From positions 601-64,600 of the forward strand of contig JAWLBR010000005.1 of assembly GCA_041687495.1 (NCBI GenBank): a stretch of 64,000 nucleotides of DNA, given 5' to 3'. This document shows, piece by piece, positions 17,259 to 30,860 of this stretch (position 1 is the first letter of the stretch; each line of letters begins with the position of its first letter). The position numbers and the translations under genes were made by a program. The notes under the pieces were generated by a model that saw only the letters and a program-made list of their open reading frames with translations, was not told the origin of the DNA and made no database searches. Source of the DNA: Limnochordia bacterium (GTDB lineage Bacteria > Bacillota > Limnochordia > DTU087 > JAAYGB01).

Positions 17259-18659
17259 CTACAGTGCAGGGTTGTAGTGTGCTTCGATTTCCTCACCAGT
17301 CAATCGCAGCAGCTCTCCCTTGGGCAGTGCGGACAAGGCCTGCCAACCGATGTCAAGGCTAGCATCCAGTGTTCTGAACTCATCCTGCCCCTGAGCAATG
17401 AACTCGTGCTCAAAGATTTCACCTGATCGCAGATAGCGTCGGTCTAGTTCTGAGAGTTCTTCTGCCCCGATTACTGCCGCCAGCGAGCGAATTCGCTGGA
17501 CTTCGGTGTAGGAGGCGTACAGCTGACTAGATACGTGGGGATGATCTGGCCGAGTATAGCCTTCGCCGATCCCATCTTTCATCAGTCGCGACAACGACGG
17601 CAATGCTGCGATGGGAGGATAGATACCCTTTTGCATCATCTCCCGAGACAAAACAATCTGCCCCTCGGTAATGAATCCGGTAAGGTCTGGCACCGGGTGG
17701 CCGATATCATCGTTGGGCATTGTCAAGATTGGAATTTGGGTGACCGAGCCCTCGCTGCCCGTAATTCTACCGGCCCGTTCGTAGATGGAGGCCAGATCGC
17801 TGTACAGGTAACCTGGGTAGCCTTTGCGACTCGGGAGTTCTCCCCGGGCACTGCTCACCTCCCGCAGGGCTTCTGCATAGTTGGTCATATCGGTCATAAT
17901 CACCAATACGTGCATATTCTCGACAAACGCCAGATATTCGGCCAAAGTCAAGGCGCTGCGGGGAATGATCAGCCTTTCCACCGATGGGTCATCGGCTAGG
18001 CTCAGAAACATTGCTGTGTTCTCCAACGCACCGCTTTCAGCTAGACTGCGGCGAAAAAACTCCGCTGTGTCATGGCCAACTCCCATGGCAGCAAAAACAA
18101 TGGCAAATTTGCCGGCACCCTCGGCGATACGAGCCTGTCTGGCAATTTGGATGGCCAGTTCATTGTGGGGTAAACCCGCCCCAGAAAAGATGGGCAACTT
18201 CTGGCCGCGAATCAGGGTGTTCATGACATCGATGCCTGCAATTCCTGTCTCAATGTAATCCCGTGGGTACACCCTGGCTGTGGGATTAATAGCTGGTCCT
18301 TCCACTGAGCGGCGTTCAACGCCCAAGGGAGCAGGTCCGCCATCCCGCGGTCGACCCAGAAAATCCAAAACCCGCCCTAACATGTCCACTGACACCGGTA
18401 CTTCTAGCGAATGGCCCAGGAACCTGACCGAGGTTTTGCTCAGATTTAAGCCAGAAGTACCTTGAAAAACCTGAACGGCAGCGACAGCTTCGGATACCTC
18501 TAGCACCCGTCCCAAGCGCCGGTGTCCGTCAATCCCAACAATCTCCACCATTTCGTCAAAAGCTACCCCACTAGCCCGCTCAACAAACACCATCGGTCCG
18601 GAGACCCCGCTGAGGCCTTGGTGTTCCCGCTGAACCTGTGCGGCGATTTGATCTACCAC
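17259..18659 (-). CDS. atpB: V/A-type ATP synthase subunit B
   Basis: 466 aa, a non-catalytic alpha/beta-family subunit. Confidence 0.92.
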   Translation of the reverse strand: MVDQIAAQVQREHQGLSGVSGPMVFVERASGVAFDEMVEIVGIDGHRRLGRVLEVSEAVAAVQVFQGTSGLNLSKTSVRFLGHSLEVPVSVDMLGRVLDFLGRPRDGGPAPLGVERRSVEGPAINPTARVYPRDYIETGIAGIDVMNTLIRGQKLPIFSGAGLPHNELAIQIARQARIAEGAGKFAIVFAAMGVGHDTAEFFRRSLAESGALENTAMFLSLADDPSVERLIIPRSALTLAEYLAFVENMHVLVIMTDMTNYAEALREVSSARGELPSRKGYPGYLYSDLASIYERAGRITGSEGSVTQIPILTMPNDDIGHPVPDLTGFITEGQIVLSREMMQKGIYPPIAALPSLSRLMKDGIGEGYTRPDHPHVSSQLYASYTEVQRIRSLAAVIGAEELSELDRRYLRSGEIFEHEFIAQGQDEFRTLDASLDIGWQALSALPKGELLRLTGEEIEAHYNPAL

Positions 18660-18677
18660 AATCCCACCCCCTCGTAC

Positions 18678-20447
<1,770 letters not shown>

Positions 20448-20489
20448 GACTATCCTCCCGAGGGCAGCCGCCTTTGGCCCGGTGCGCAG

Positions 20490-21176
20490 TTAGGCTAGGA
20501 ATCTGGCCACCAGAAATTCCTGTAGTGACGGCCACATTCTGTCTAGGCGCTGGTCAAAGGAATTATCCACCTTATTAATTCCAGCCTCGTCAGAAACGAT
20601 AACGCCCCCGACAATCGGGGCAGGCTCCTGTTTGAGAACAACCTGTAACCCATTGAGCTTTGGCTGGGCCTCCACCGCTTTCTCCACCAGCTGCGACATC
20701 CACTGTTGATCAACAATTGCTTGGTCCTTCCCGTTGAGCTGGATTAACGCTCGAGAACTGCCCAGCAGACAGATGCCCTGTACAGCAAGGTCTGATAGAA
20801 CCTGAGGATACTCAGGCGACAGAGAAATCTCCCCAAGCCGGGATCTTGCTTGTGCCAATACAGAATCCAGCATTAACTGCCGCTGCCCCATGAGGTGCTG
20901 TTTCCAGTCCCGACGAAACTCTGACCGAAGTTGTTCAGCCTGCCGCTGATTCGTCCTGTGCGCCTGGGTCATGGCCTGTCTGTAGGCTTGCTGGCTTGTC
21001 TCTAGGGTCTGAGTTAGCCGTCTATCAATCAATTCCGCCATAGAGGCGCATGCCTCTTCAACTTCGGCGACAGCCCTGTGCAGGATGTCGTCCACCAACG
21101 CCTGTACAGCCGTATCGCCCGAGTTAGCTTGGGCGTCTACATCGCTCGCTTGCGGCTTGCTGCGCACTGCAGCCAT
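20490..21176 (-). CDS. atpE: V/A-type ATP synthase subunit E
   Basis: Peripheral-stalk-like coiled coil plus a globular C-terminus. The listed ORF runs to 21224. ATG 21176 has GAGGG 8 nt upstream. Confidence 0.7.
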   Translation of the reverse strand: MAAVRSKPQASDVDAQANSGDTAVQALVDDILHRAVAEVEEACASMAELIDRRLTQTLETSQQAYRQAMTQAHRTNQRQAEQLRSEFRRDWKQHLMGQRQLMLDSVLAQARSRLGEISLSPEYPQVLSDLAVQGICLLGSSRALIQLNGKDQAIVDQQWMSQLVEKAVEAQPKLNGLQVVLKQEPAPIVGGVIVSDEAGINKVDNSFDQRLDRMWPSLQEFLVARFLA

Positions 21177-21192
21177 TGGCATCACCCTCTTT

Positions 21193-21525
21193 TTACTCGG
21201 GATGTTCGGCTGGAGCCAATCCAATTAGATGCTTGGCTCGCTCAGCTTGTGACTGGATCTGCACGTTCCCGTACCGGCTAGGGATCTCAATCACCAACGG
21301 GATCGAACGGCTTCGTCGGAACTTCCGGAGCTGCCCTTCAATTCTATGAGCCCAGTGATCGGTAATCACCACTAGGCCTACGTCGGGGTTTCGTGTACAC
21401 TCAACGAACGCTTCCTGGGCTTCCTCAGCACTGCTGACGTGGTACCCAAACGCGCCCGCCAAGCGAAAGCCCGTCACTGTATCCCGATCTCCTATCACTC
21501 TGATCTCCGTCACAATCACCCTCAA
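21193..21525 (-). CDS. atpF: V/A-type ATP synthase subunit F
   Basis: VIGDRDTVTGFRLAG... is typical of subunit F. The true start is possibly GTG 21498. Confidence 0.85.
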   Translation of the reverse strand: MRVIVTEIRVIGDRDTVTGFRLAGAFGYHVSSAEEAQEAFVECTRNPDVGLVVITDHWAHRIEGQLRKFRRSRSIPLVIEIPSRYGNVQIQSQAERAKHLIGLAPAEHPE

Positions 21526-21532
21526 AAAGCGG

Positions 21533-23737
<2,205 letters not shown>

Positions 23738-23741
<4 letters not shown>

Positions 23742-24814
23742 ACCGCTTCACCTTCCGAGACTAGAGTACAAAGCAGCGGTCTCACCACATCCAGTTCCAG
23801 GCGGTATCTTTTGCTTTCAACAATGGTAGTGATATCATGCACCTCAAACTGCCTCCAGTATAGGTGTGCGATCACTGCTTCCGGGCTAAATGGTCTTCGC
23901 CGCAGTATCCGGGCTGCCTGCCAAAAAAGGTGACGCTCCAACTGCTCGGAAAACTGGGTAACGCTTATGTGCCAGTCACTCAAGGAGCCCCGACTTTTCC
24001 AGGCTGGCATGGCGTCAACAACATCACCCAAATCGTCAACGGAAGCCAACCTTTGCCTGGATCGCTCCTGCGAATAGGTACCGCGAGCAATCAGCAGTTG
24101 GTCGGTGCGCTCTGATGACATCCCAAAGTTCATCCGCAGCCTAGCCGCCCACTGTAGGTTGCGGATATCGATCTCCAGCTCAATTAAGCGTGTGACTGGG
24201 CTGTGATGGCCAAAGGCATTACAGGCAGCATCCCAAAGCCATCCGTATTGCTCCCGATCCAGATGATGTTCCAACGAGAACAGACTCTTTGTCTTTTCGT
24301 ACTCAAGTCTTGTGTCATCGACTATCTTCCGATAACCTGACTCGGCTAACACCCGCAAAACTTCATCAAGGGTGTGACAATGCATGCATAAATCCATATT
24401 GACAGCGGCGTACCGACCCAACCTAAACATCCAGTACTTTAGGTCGGGTACGGCTCCTTTGGATAATATCGCGCCCAAGACTGTCTTGATATTGGCGACT
24501 TCAAACCTTCTTACGAATGCCCGGACTACTGGGTTCATCTTGACCGGTGCAAATCGGGATATTTTCATGGCATCAGTAATCACGATCTGCTTCAGGCGAT
24601 GTTCCAGTGGCCGCAGCAGCCTTTGAATCGAACTGCGGGGGAAGACGGCGCCATAGGCCGATTGCTGCAGATACTCGATGGCCTCGGTGACGTCTCCAGT
24701 CCGGGCTAGCTCTAACAGACCATTTCCACCAAGGGCTTGCCCATGCAGCGCCTGAACTACTGCTCCCGCCGCCGCGTACGCTGTCACTTCTCCCACATCT
24801 GCCACCGCCCTCAC
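23738..24814 (-). CDS. atpC: V/A-type ATP synthase subunit C (d-type)
   Basis: 358 aa and helical. Assigned by position and size within the operon. Confidence 0.75.
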
Positions 24815-24817
24815 ATT

Positions 24818-25141
24818 TCATGGGTCGAGTCCCCAGACTTGCCTCAGCACCTCGTCCACCGCTAGCGGGATCTGCTCTTGCTGCGCTCTTGCTTTCTCTG
24901 TATGCTCCCGCTGCCAGTCGGACAATGCTGCTTCATTTTCTTGCCGTACAGCCTCTTCCAGCTCATCCCATTGCCGCTGACCATCTTCTCTTGCCTTCTG
25001 GCGGACCTGCTCATCGTATTCCTCGAGCTGCGTGTGTAGACGGGACTCCACGCGTTGGCGGATCTGGTCGAGAGAGTCAATGGCGTGTGCAGCCTTATGC
25101 TCCGCAGCGGTAATCCTTCTCAAAGCATCATTGATGTCCAT
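24818..25141 (-). CDS. Putative V/A-type ATP synthase stator subunit (G/H-like coiled coil)
   Basis: 107 aa counted from ATG 25141 (GAGGGA upstream). It is a charged heptad-like sequence and the first gene of the operon. Confidence 0.55.
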   Translation of the reverse strand: MDINDALRRITAAEHKAAHAIDSLDQIRQRVESRLHTQLEEYDEQVRQKAREDGQRQWDELEEAVRQENEAALSDWQREHTEKARAQQEQIPLAVDEVLRQVWGLDP

Positions 25142-25310
25142 ACTATCCCTCAATTTTCCCCCAAGGCTAACAAAAGGATACCCTGGCTCCACTCTTTTGA
25201 TACCACGAGGGTCTGTGGCGATCAAAAACGCGCAAAAGGCGCCTACCCCTATGGGATAAACGCCTTGTCATCATTATACTTAATCTCACCGGCCACAGCT
25301 TGTCATGCCT

Positions 25311-26054
25311 TTAGCCCACAGCCACCACTGTCCTCAGACCCCGGACTTGCACCTCCGAGAAGTAAGCCAATAGCCTTGTGCGCATCGAAAGCAACCACTG
25401 CTCAGACCCCTGCTCGTCACTGACAAAACTGGGATCCAACGTCATCCCGGATTGGTATGCCTGGAGAGCATAGCGCTTTGCTCCCTGCAGCCACTGCCCA
25501 ATACTGGTAAAATCCTGCTGAGAGAGCAGACTGCGGGGACTGGTGGTGCGAAACTCGTAGTCCACCACTCCCGTAAGCAGAAGCGCGGCCGATTCCTGCA
25601 CTGCACCCGTATCCACGGGAACTCTACAGACTTGGCTGTAACGCTCCAAGGGTGCTTTGACATCCATAGCTACATAGTCCACTAGCTGCCCGACAACCAG
25701 ACGCTCAAGCACCTGAGGTTTGGTTCCATTGGTGTCCAGTTTGATCGAAAGCCCTAACTGCTTAATCTCGGCAAAAAATTCCACCAACCCTTGCGCTGGC
25801 TGAAGGGTTGGTTCCCCTCCAGAGATACACACCCCATCCAACAGGTGTGCCCGCCGTGACAGACCGGCAAGCACCTCATTCGCCGCAAGTCCCGGCAATA
25901 CACCGCTTGAGATGACCAAGCTGGGATTGTGGCAGTATGGGCAACGAAGATTGCACCCAGCGAAAAACACCGTATCGCAGATACTTCCGGGAAAATCTAC
26001 TAGGCTGGTTTTCTGAACTCCACTGATGTGCAAGCTGCTTCCACCTTTGGTCAT
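25311..26054 (-). CDS. nrdG: Anaerobic ribonucleotide reductase activating protein (radical SAM)
   Basis: CNLRCPYCHNP motif. ATGA overlap with the nrdD stop. Confidence 0.9.
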   Translation of the reverse strand: MTKGGSSLHISGVQKTSLVDFPGSICDTVFFAGCNLRCPYCHNPSLVISSGVLPGLAANEVLAGLSRRAHLLDGVCISGGEPTLQPAQGLVEFFAEIKQLGLSIKLDTNGTKPQVLERLVVGQLVDYVAMDVKAPLERYSQVCRVPVDTGAVQESAALLLTGVVDYEFRTTSPRSLLSQQDFTSIGQWLQGAKRYALQAYQSGMTLDPSFVSDEQGSEQWLLSMRTRLLAYFSEVQVRGLRTVVAVG

Positions 26055-28144
26055 TTTCCCGCAGCGACGTACTCCAGCCGATCCCGAAACTCTTCTTTTT
26101 TGCCCTTATTCCAGTTCTGGACCGGGCGATAGAAACCGACAACCCGACTCCATATTTCCGCCCCTGCCCCACACTGGGGACACTCAGGATGTTCTCCTGA
26201 GATGTATCCGTGCTCTGGACAGATGCTGAACGTTGGAGTAATAGTGAAATACGGAATTCGGTAATTCTCCAGCACTTTCTTCAGCAGTCTAGCCGCCATC
26301 ACGGGATCATCAACGCGTTCACCCAGGAAGCCATGGAATACTGTTCCTCCAGTGTACTTGACCTGCAGTTCTTCCTGAAGATCAAGGGCACTAAAGATAT
26401 CCTCAGTAAAATCCACCGGCAACTGGGTCGAGTTAGTGTAGTAGGGCTCATCTTCACCAGAAGCGACAATATCGGGATAACTCTTCTTGTCCAGCCTAGC
26501 CAGACGGTACGCAGTACCCTCGGCAGGCGTCGCCTCAAGGTTGAACAGCTGGTCAGTTTCCTCTTGATATTCAACCAGAACTTCCCGCATATAGTCCAGC
26601 ACCTCGTGGGCCATGGCTTGTCCTGCCTCAGTGTCGATACCCTGACCGATAAAGTTGAGCAGGGCTTCATGCATACCCACCAAGCCGATGGTGTTGAAGT
26701 GGTTGTGCCAGAAGTCCCCAAACCGATCCTTGACGCTATCGAGATAATATCGAGAGTACGGATACAGACCGGTATTCATCAAGTGCTCCAGCACCCGCCG
26801 CTTGATCAGCAGACTCTCTTTGGCAATATCCATCAGCCGCCGAATCCGAGCAAGAAGATCGGACTTGTCTTTGGCCAGGTAGCCCAACCGCGGCATGTTG
26901 ATGGTGACCACCCCAATGGAACCAGTCAGTGGATTCGCCCCAAAGAGCCCGCCACCCCGCTTGTACAACTCTCGATTGTCCAGACGCAAGCGGCAGCACA
27001 TGCTGCGCACGTCTTCAGGGGACAAATCGGAATTAATAAAGTTGGCAAAGTAGGGAATACCATACTTTGCTGTCATCTCCATAACCTTGGCGACTACAGG
27101 GCTGTTCCAATCAAAGCCGTCGTAAATGTTGTATGTGGGAATCGGAAAACTGAAAATCCGGCCTTTGGCGTCGCCAGCCATCATTACTTCGCAAAACGCC
27201 ATGTTCAGCATGTCCATTTCCCGCTGAAATTCCTTATACTGCCGTTCCTGAAGTTCGCCCCCGATGATGATCGGCTCCTCCGCAATGTTGCTAGGAACAA
27301 CAATGTCCATGGTAATGTTCACAAAGGGAGTCTGAAAACCCACCCTAGTGGGGACGTTGAGATTGAAGATAAACTCTTGAATCGACTGTTTCACTTCGGA
27401 GTACGTCAAGTTGTCATAGGCAATAAACGGAGCCAAATAGGTGTCAAAGTTAGAAAAGGCTTGAGCGCCGGCTGCCTCGCCTTGCATAGTATAAAAGAAG
27501 TTAACCACTTGACCCAACGCTGTCCGAAAATGCTTGGCCGGAGCACTCTCAATCTTTTGAGGAACACCGCCAAAGCCCCGAAGCAATAGATCCGATAAGC
27601 TCCAACCGCAGCAGTACGGCGCTAACAAGCCAAGGTCATGAATGTGCAGATCTCCTTGGATGTGAGCTTGGCGAACTTCTTCCGGGTATACCTTCTCCAA
27701 CCAATACTTGGAAGTAACCGCTGAGATCATGTGGTTGTTCAGGCCTTGGAGAGAGTAGTTCATGTTGCTGTTCTCGTTGACTCTCCAGTCCTGTCCGCCG
27801 ACATACTCTTCGATCATCTTCTCGGTGTTGACTAAAAGATGCTGGAACTCCCGCATCTCCTCGTGCTGCCGCCGGTAGAGAATGTACGCCTTCGCAGTCT
27901 GCGCGTGTCCGTTCTCGATTAAGACCTTTTCTACCGCATCCTGAATATCTTCAACCATAGGGATTCGGTCTGCAAACTTGTCCGACAACGCAGCCATAAC
28001 CTGATCCGACAACTCACAAGCCCGACGTCGGTTTTCTCCACCCACTGCCTTGGCTGCCTTGAAGATCGCGTTGATGATGCGCTCTTGGTCGAAGTCCACG
28101 ACTCTTCCATCCCGCTTAATGACCTTGCTCAGCACTCGCACCAA
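26051..28144 (-). CDS. nrdD: Anaerobic (class III) ribonucleoside-triphosphate reductase
   Basis: N-terminal ATP-cone (VIKRDGRVVDFDQERI). C-terminal CPQCGA and RVVGFYRPVQNWNKGKKEEF glycyl-radical motif. The start is ambiguous (28144 TTG, 28141 GTG or 28135 GTG). Confidence 0.93.
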   Translation of the reverse strand: MVRVLSKVIKRDGRVVDFDQERIINAIFKAAKAVGGENRRRACELSDQVMAALSDKFADRIPMVEDIQDAVEKVLIENGHAQTAKAYILYRRQHEEMREFQHLLVNTEKMIEEYVGGQDWRVNENSNMNYSLQGLNNHMISAVTSKYWLEKVYPEEVRQAHIQGDLHIHDLGLLAPYCCGWSLSDLLLRGFGGVPQKIESAPAKHFRTALGQVVNFFYTMQGEAAGAQAFSNFDTYLAPFIAYDNLTYSEVKQSIQEFIFNLNVPTRVGFQTPFVNITMDIVVPSNIAEEPIIIGGELQERQYKEFQREMDMLNMAFCEVMMAGDAKGRIFSFPIPTYNIYDGFDWNSPVVAKVMEMTAKYGIPYFANFINSDLSPEDVRSMCCRLRLDNRELYKRGGGLFGANPLTGSIGVVTINMPRLGYLAKDKSDLLARIRRLMDIAKESLLIKRRVLEHLMNTGLYPYSRYYLDSVKDRFGDFWHNHFNTIGLVGMHEALLNFIGQGIDTEAGQAMAHEVLDYMREVLVEYQEETDQLFNLEATPAEGTAYRLARLDKKSYPDIVASGEDEPYYTNSTQLPVDFTEDIFSALDLQEELQVKYTGGTVFHGFLGERVDDPVMAARLLKKVLENYRIPYFTITPTFSICPEHGYISGEHPECPQCGAGAEIWSRVVGFYRPVQNWNKGKKEEFRDRLEYVAAGK

Positions 28145-28175
28145 CCTCCATGCGTGCTGGATTTTTGGTTCAAAA

Positions 28176-28198
28176 ACAAAAAAAGCCGCCCACAGCGG
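28176..28198 (-). terminator. Short GC hairpin plus U7 inside the nrdD 5' leader (possible attenuator)
   Basis: The minus strand reads CCGC-TGTGG-GCGG followed by CTTTTTTTG, about 35 nt upstream of the RBS GGAGG. Confidence 0.4.
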
Positions 28199-28387
28199 AC
28201 CCTAGTGCTGCGTAGGAACCGTCCATCTGGTGGCTTACATTAGTCTTCGGCAAGGACCAAAGCCCGTCCTTCTCTGACATTTCGTAGGTATACCTCCTAG
28301 AAAACGGGAAAGCCCGCAGAACTCGACATTTGGCCGATGAAAAAAAACTTTGCGAGAACAGACATACTAACTACGGAGGTGTAATCA

Positions 28388-29170
28388 ATGAAAAAGATAC
28401 TAGTACTACTCGTCATTGGCCTCGTACTTACTAGTCCCGCTTTTGCCTTTGACGAAAATCAACTGGAACTGAGAATGATTGAATTGGTCAACCAAGAGAG
28501 GCAAAAACAAGGAAGAGTCCCGTATCTCATGAGCCACGAAATGATGCGCAGTTCCGAAGAGAAGGCCCTAGACATGGCCGAGAACAACTACTTTGCCCAC
28601 ACCAGCCCCAGCGGAGAGACGCCCTTTGACGTCATGCGCAGAGCTGGAGTCCAATTCAGTACCGCAGGCGAGAACATCGCTCGCGGTGGCAGCGTCGAAT
28701 CTCTGCACAATGCTTTGATGAACAGTTCTGGGCATAGAGCCAATATCCTAAGCACCAGCTATACTCACATTGGAATTGGAATCATCGAGCGCAACGGCAC
28801 TCTTTGGGTTGCCCAGCACTTTGCCAAACAGACAAACGCTGGCAAGGACTACACGCCAAGGCCAGAGCAACCAAATACACCGCAGCCTGCTCCCCAGCCA
28901 CAGCCCGAAGAACCGGCACCGGCGCCCGAGCCTGAGCCAACACCTCAGCCCGAGCAGCCGACACCCCAGGAACCCACTCCACAGGAACCTGCGCCGGAAC
29001 AGCCGGGCCGTGCTCAGCGGGTGTACATCATTCGCCGCGGAGATACTCTGTGGGGCATTAGCCGCAGAGTGGGAGTTCCCATCTCGCAGATTGTCCGGAT
29101 TAACGGGGTTAGGAATCCAAATGCCATTTACGAGGGCCAAGTGATTCGCATCAGTATACCTCAACAGTAA
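28388..29170 (+). CDS. Secreted CAP/SCP-domain protein with Pro-rich linker and C-terminal LysM domain
   Basis: Signal peptide MKKILVLLVIGLVLTSPAFA. CAP-like core (YFAHTSP...GENIA...HRANIL). PEQP/PQP low-complexity linker at about 28860..29005. LysM (YIIRRGDTLWGISRRVGVPISQIVRINGV). Confidence 0.85.
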   Translation: MKKILVLLVIGLVLTSPAFAFDENQLELRMIELVNQERQKQGRVPYLMSHEMMRSSEEKALDMAENNYFAHTSPSGETPFDVMRRAGVQFSTAGENIARGGSVESLHNALMNSSGHRANILSTSYTHIGIGIIERNGTLWVAQHFAKQTNAGKDYTPRPEQPNTPQPAPQPQPEEPAPAPEPEPTPQPEQPTPQEPTPQEPAPEQPGRAQRVYIIRRGDTLWGISRRVGVPISQIVRINGVRNPNAIYEGQVIRISIPQQ

Positions 29171-29266
29171 GCGTCAAGAGAATCGGCAAGCAAAAAACAC
29201 CAGCCGGGGGGGAGCGTCTATACAAGTTCTCCTCGGCTGGTTACTGGTTAACTAAAGCTTCGTGAA

Positions 29267-30823
29267 TCACAATCCAGCAGAAATTCGTACCACTACCAAC
29301 GCTATCGCCGCTGCCGCCAGAAACCACTGCAAGTATCGAGTAATATCCCCATTGTGTAGTTCTCGACCGATATACATAGTCTCGTTCACCAAAGTCCTAG
29401 CCATCCAACGAATCCCCGCTGTATCCCATCCCAACGCCAGGTAGCGGTAAGCCTGACGCCCAATTCCCCTAACATAGACCAGCCAAGTAATGGCTGCCCC
29501 TAGCGCAGCCAACAGAAGAGCACTCAACACCGCTGTTGGAGAAGACAGGGTATATCCAGGACTCCATGGGATCTCCTTGCCCCCAACTAGAGCTGGATGT
29601 ACCCCATAGAGCAGTACTGTGGACCCCAAGAAAACCAGACTACTAGTCATTCTGGTCCTAACTCTTGCTCCGGCAGCACGGCTTGGCGACGACACGGCCT
29701 CCCGGGCAACGGAGGGCCTCTCTTCTCGACTCCTCCGGTCCGACCTAGGGGTCACCCACTTTTTCGGTAGAGCTGCCAAAAGCAGCTTGCTCCCATAGGC
29801 ACCGCTGACAACACTGGCAGCCAGAAGAGCGGGATTGGCCCAGTTGAAGCCCGAGGCCAGCCCTTTTAGCAAATACTTTCCTGGGTAACCTGCAAACAAC
29901 GGAACTCCTATCAACCCCAACGCCCCCACTACCAGGACGGCTGTGGGCAGCGGATCCCGCTTATCTTCTTCGGCCAGCTGAAAAATGTCCCGGGTTCCGT
30001 AAACCTTCTCTACGTACCCGGCCCAGAGGAAAAGAAGAGCCTTGAACAACCCATGGCCAAGCACATGTACCGCAACGGCGCGGTGTGCTGCCAGGGTTCC
30101 AAGGCCCACCCCAAAAAGCATCAAACCAGTATGACTAATAGTTGAATATGCCAGCAGTTTCTTCACGTCTTGCTGACCCCAAGCCTTCAGCCCGCCGTAT
30201 AACACGCCACCAAGGCCCCAAACGACCAAAATCGGACTGTAAGTAGAAGAGAAACGCATCATACCCCAGATTCCCAGAGTTACGCTGAAACCCGACAGCA
30301 AGGCGCTGACGGGAGCCGGGGCGTTGCCGTGAACAGAAGGGAGCCATTGATGGACGCCAAAAATCCCCGCCTTAACGGCGAAGCCAAGAGTTAGCCACAA
30401 GTTAGGTAGGCCCAGAGTCTCACGTTGGATATCTCCCAACCCGGCAATAGCGGTAGAAACAGACACCCCAGTGGCGCTGGCGGTGGCAGCAAATCCAGCA
30501 AATAGCAGGATCGCACCGGCCAACTGAGAGGCTGCATAGGTAACAGCGATACCGCTGGGTTTAAGGGATAACAATGCGACAATGGCAACTGTAATCCCTT
30601 CCCAGCCCACGGCAAACATCAGCCAGGAAGAACTTGTGAGGAGAATTAGTGCGCAAAGAAAAAATCCAACTATCCACAGCCAAGCCCACGTCTTTCGATT
30701 GGGCGCGACATAGCCAAGGGTAAACGGCCATATTGCCGCAGTGATCAACAGCAGCAGCCTTGCCCAAACTTGATCTAGAGAACCCATACGCATCACCTTA
30801 CTTTCGCTGGTTTCTGTGGTCAT
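29267..30823 (-). CDS. Mrp-type antiporter-like subunit (NuoL/M/N family), second copy
   Basis: 518 aa polytopic protein with WLPSVHGNAPAPVSALLSG. It has an Arg/Ser-rich hydrophilic insert (PRSDRRSREERPSVAREAVSSPSRAAGARVRTR). Confidence 0.8.
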   Translation of the reverse strand: MTTETSESKVMRMGSLDQVWARLLLLITAAIWPFTLGYVAPNRKTWAWLWIVGFFLCALILLTSSSWLMFAVGWEGITVAIVALLSLKPSGIAVTYAASQLAGAILLFAGFAATASATGVSVSTAIAGLGDIQRETLGLPNLWLTLGFAVKAGIFGVHQWLPSVHGNAPAPVSALLSGFSVTLGIWGMMRFSSTYSPILVVWGLGGVLYGGLKAWGQQDVKKLLAYSTISHTGLMLFGVGLGTLAAHRAVAVHVLGHGLFKALLFLWAGYVEKVYGTRDIFQLAEEDKRDPLPTAVLVVGALGLIGVPLFAGYPGKYLLKGLASGFNWANPALLAASVVSGAYGSKLLLAALPKKWVTPRSDRRSREERPSVAREAVSSPSRAAGARVRTRMTSSLVFLGSTVLLYGVHPALVGGKEIPWSPGYTLSSPTAVLSALLLAALGAAITWLVYVRGIGRQAYRYLALGWDTAGIRWMARTLVNETMYIGRELHNGDITRYLQWFLAAAAIALVVVRISAGL

Positions 30824-30860
30824 GGCACTTCTTGTCCGGTACAGCCTGTCCTTCGTGCAG

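Noticed and set aside
26210-27589. A 459-aa open reading frame on the + strand, strikingly long for a non-annotated frame
   Set aside because: It lies entirely antisense inside nrdD, whose identity is unambiguous (ATP-cone, glycyl-radical motif). Its translation is low-complexity in character, with no recognisable motif and no RBS. It is most simply a stop-free shadow frame created by the codon usage of nrdD. Only Ribo-seq could revive it.
28145-28387. Cobalamin riboswitch upstream of nrdD (GCCGAAGAC and GCCACCAG strings caught my eye)
   Set aside because: The conserved core is absent (no GGGAA...GGTG.AA.TCC block and no CCTGCC B12 box), so the resemblance is superficial. I kept it only as an unassigned structured leader.
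28860-29005. Short-period repeat that might be a tandem repeat or CRISPR-like array
   Set aside because: It is an in-frame Pro/Glu/Gln-rich linker (PEQP/PQP) between the CAP and LysM domains. It has no spacer-repeat structure.
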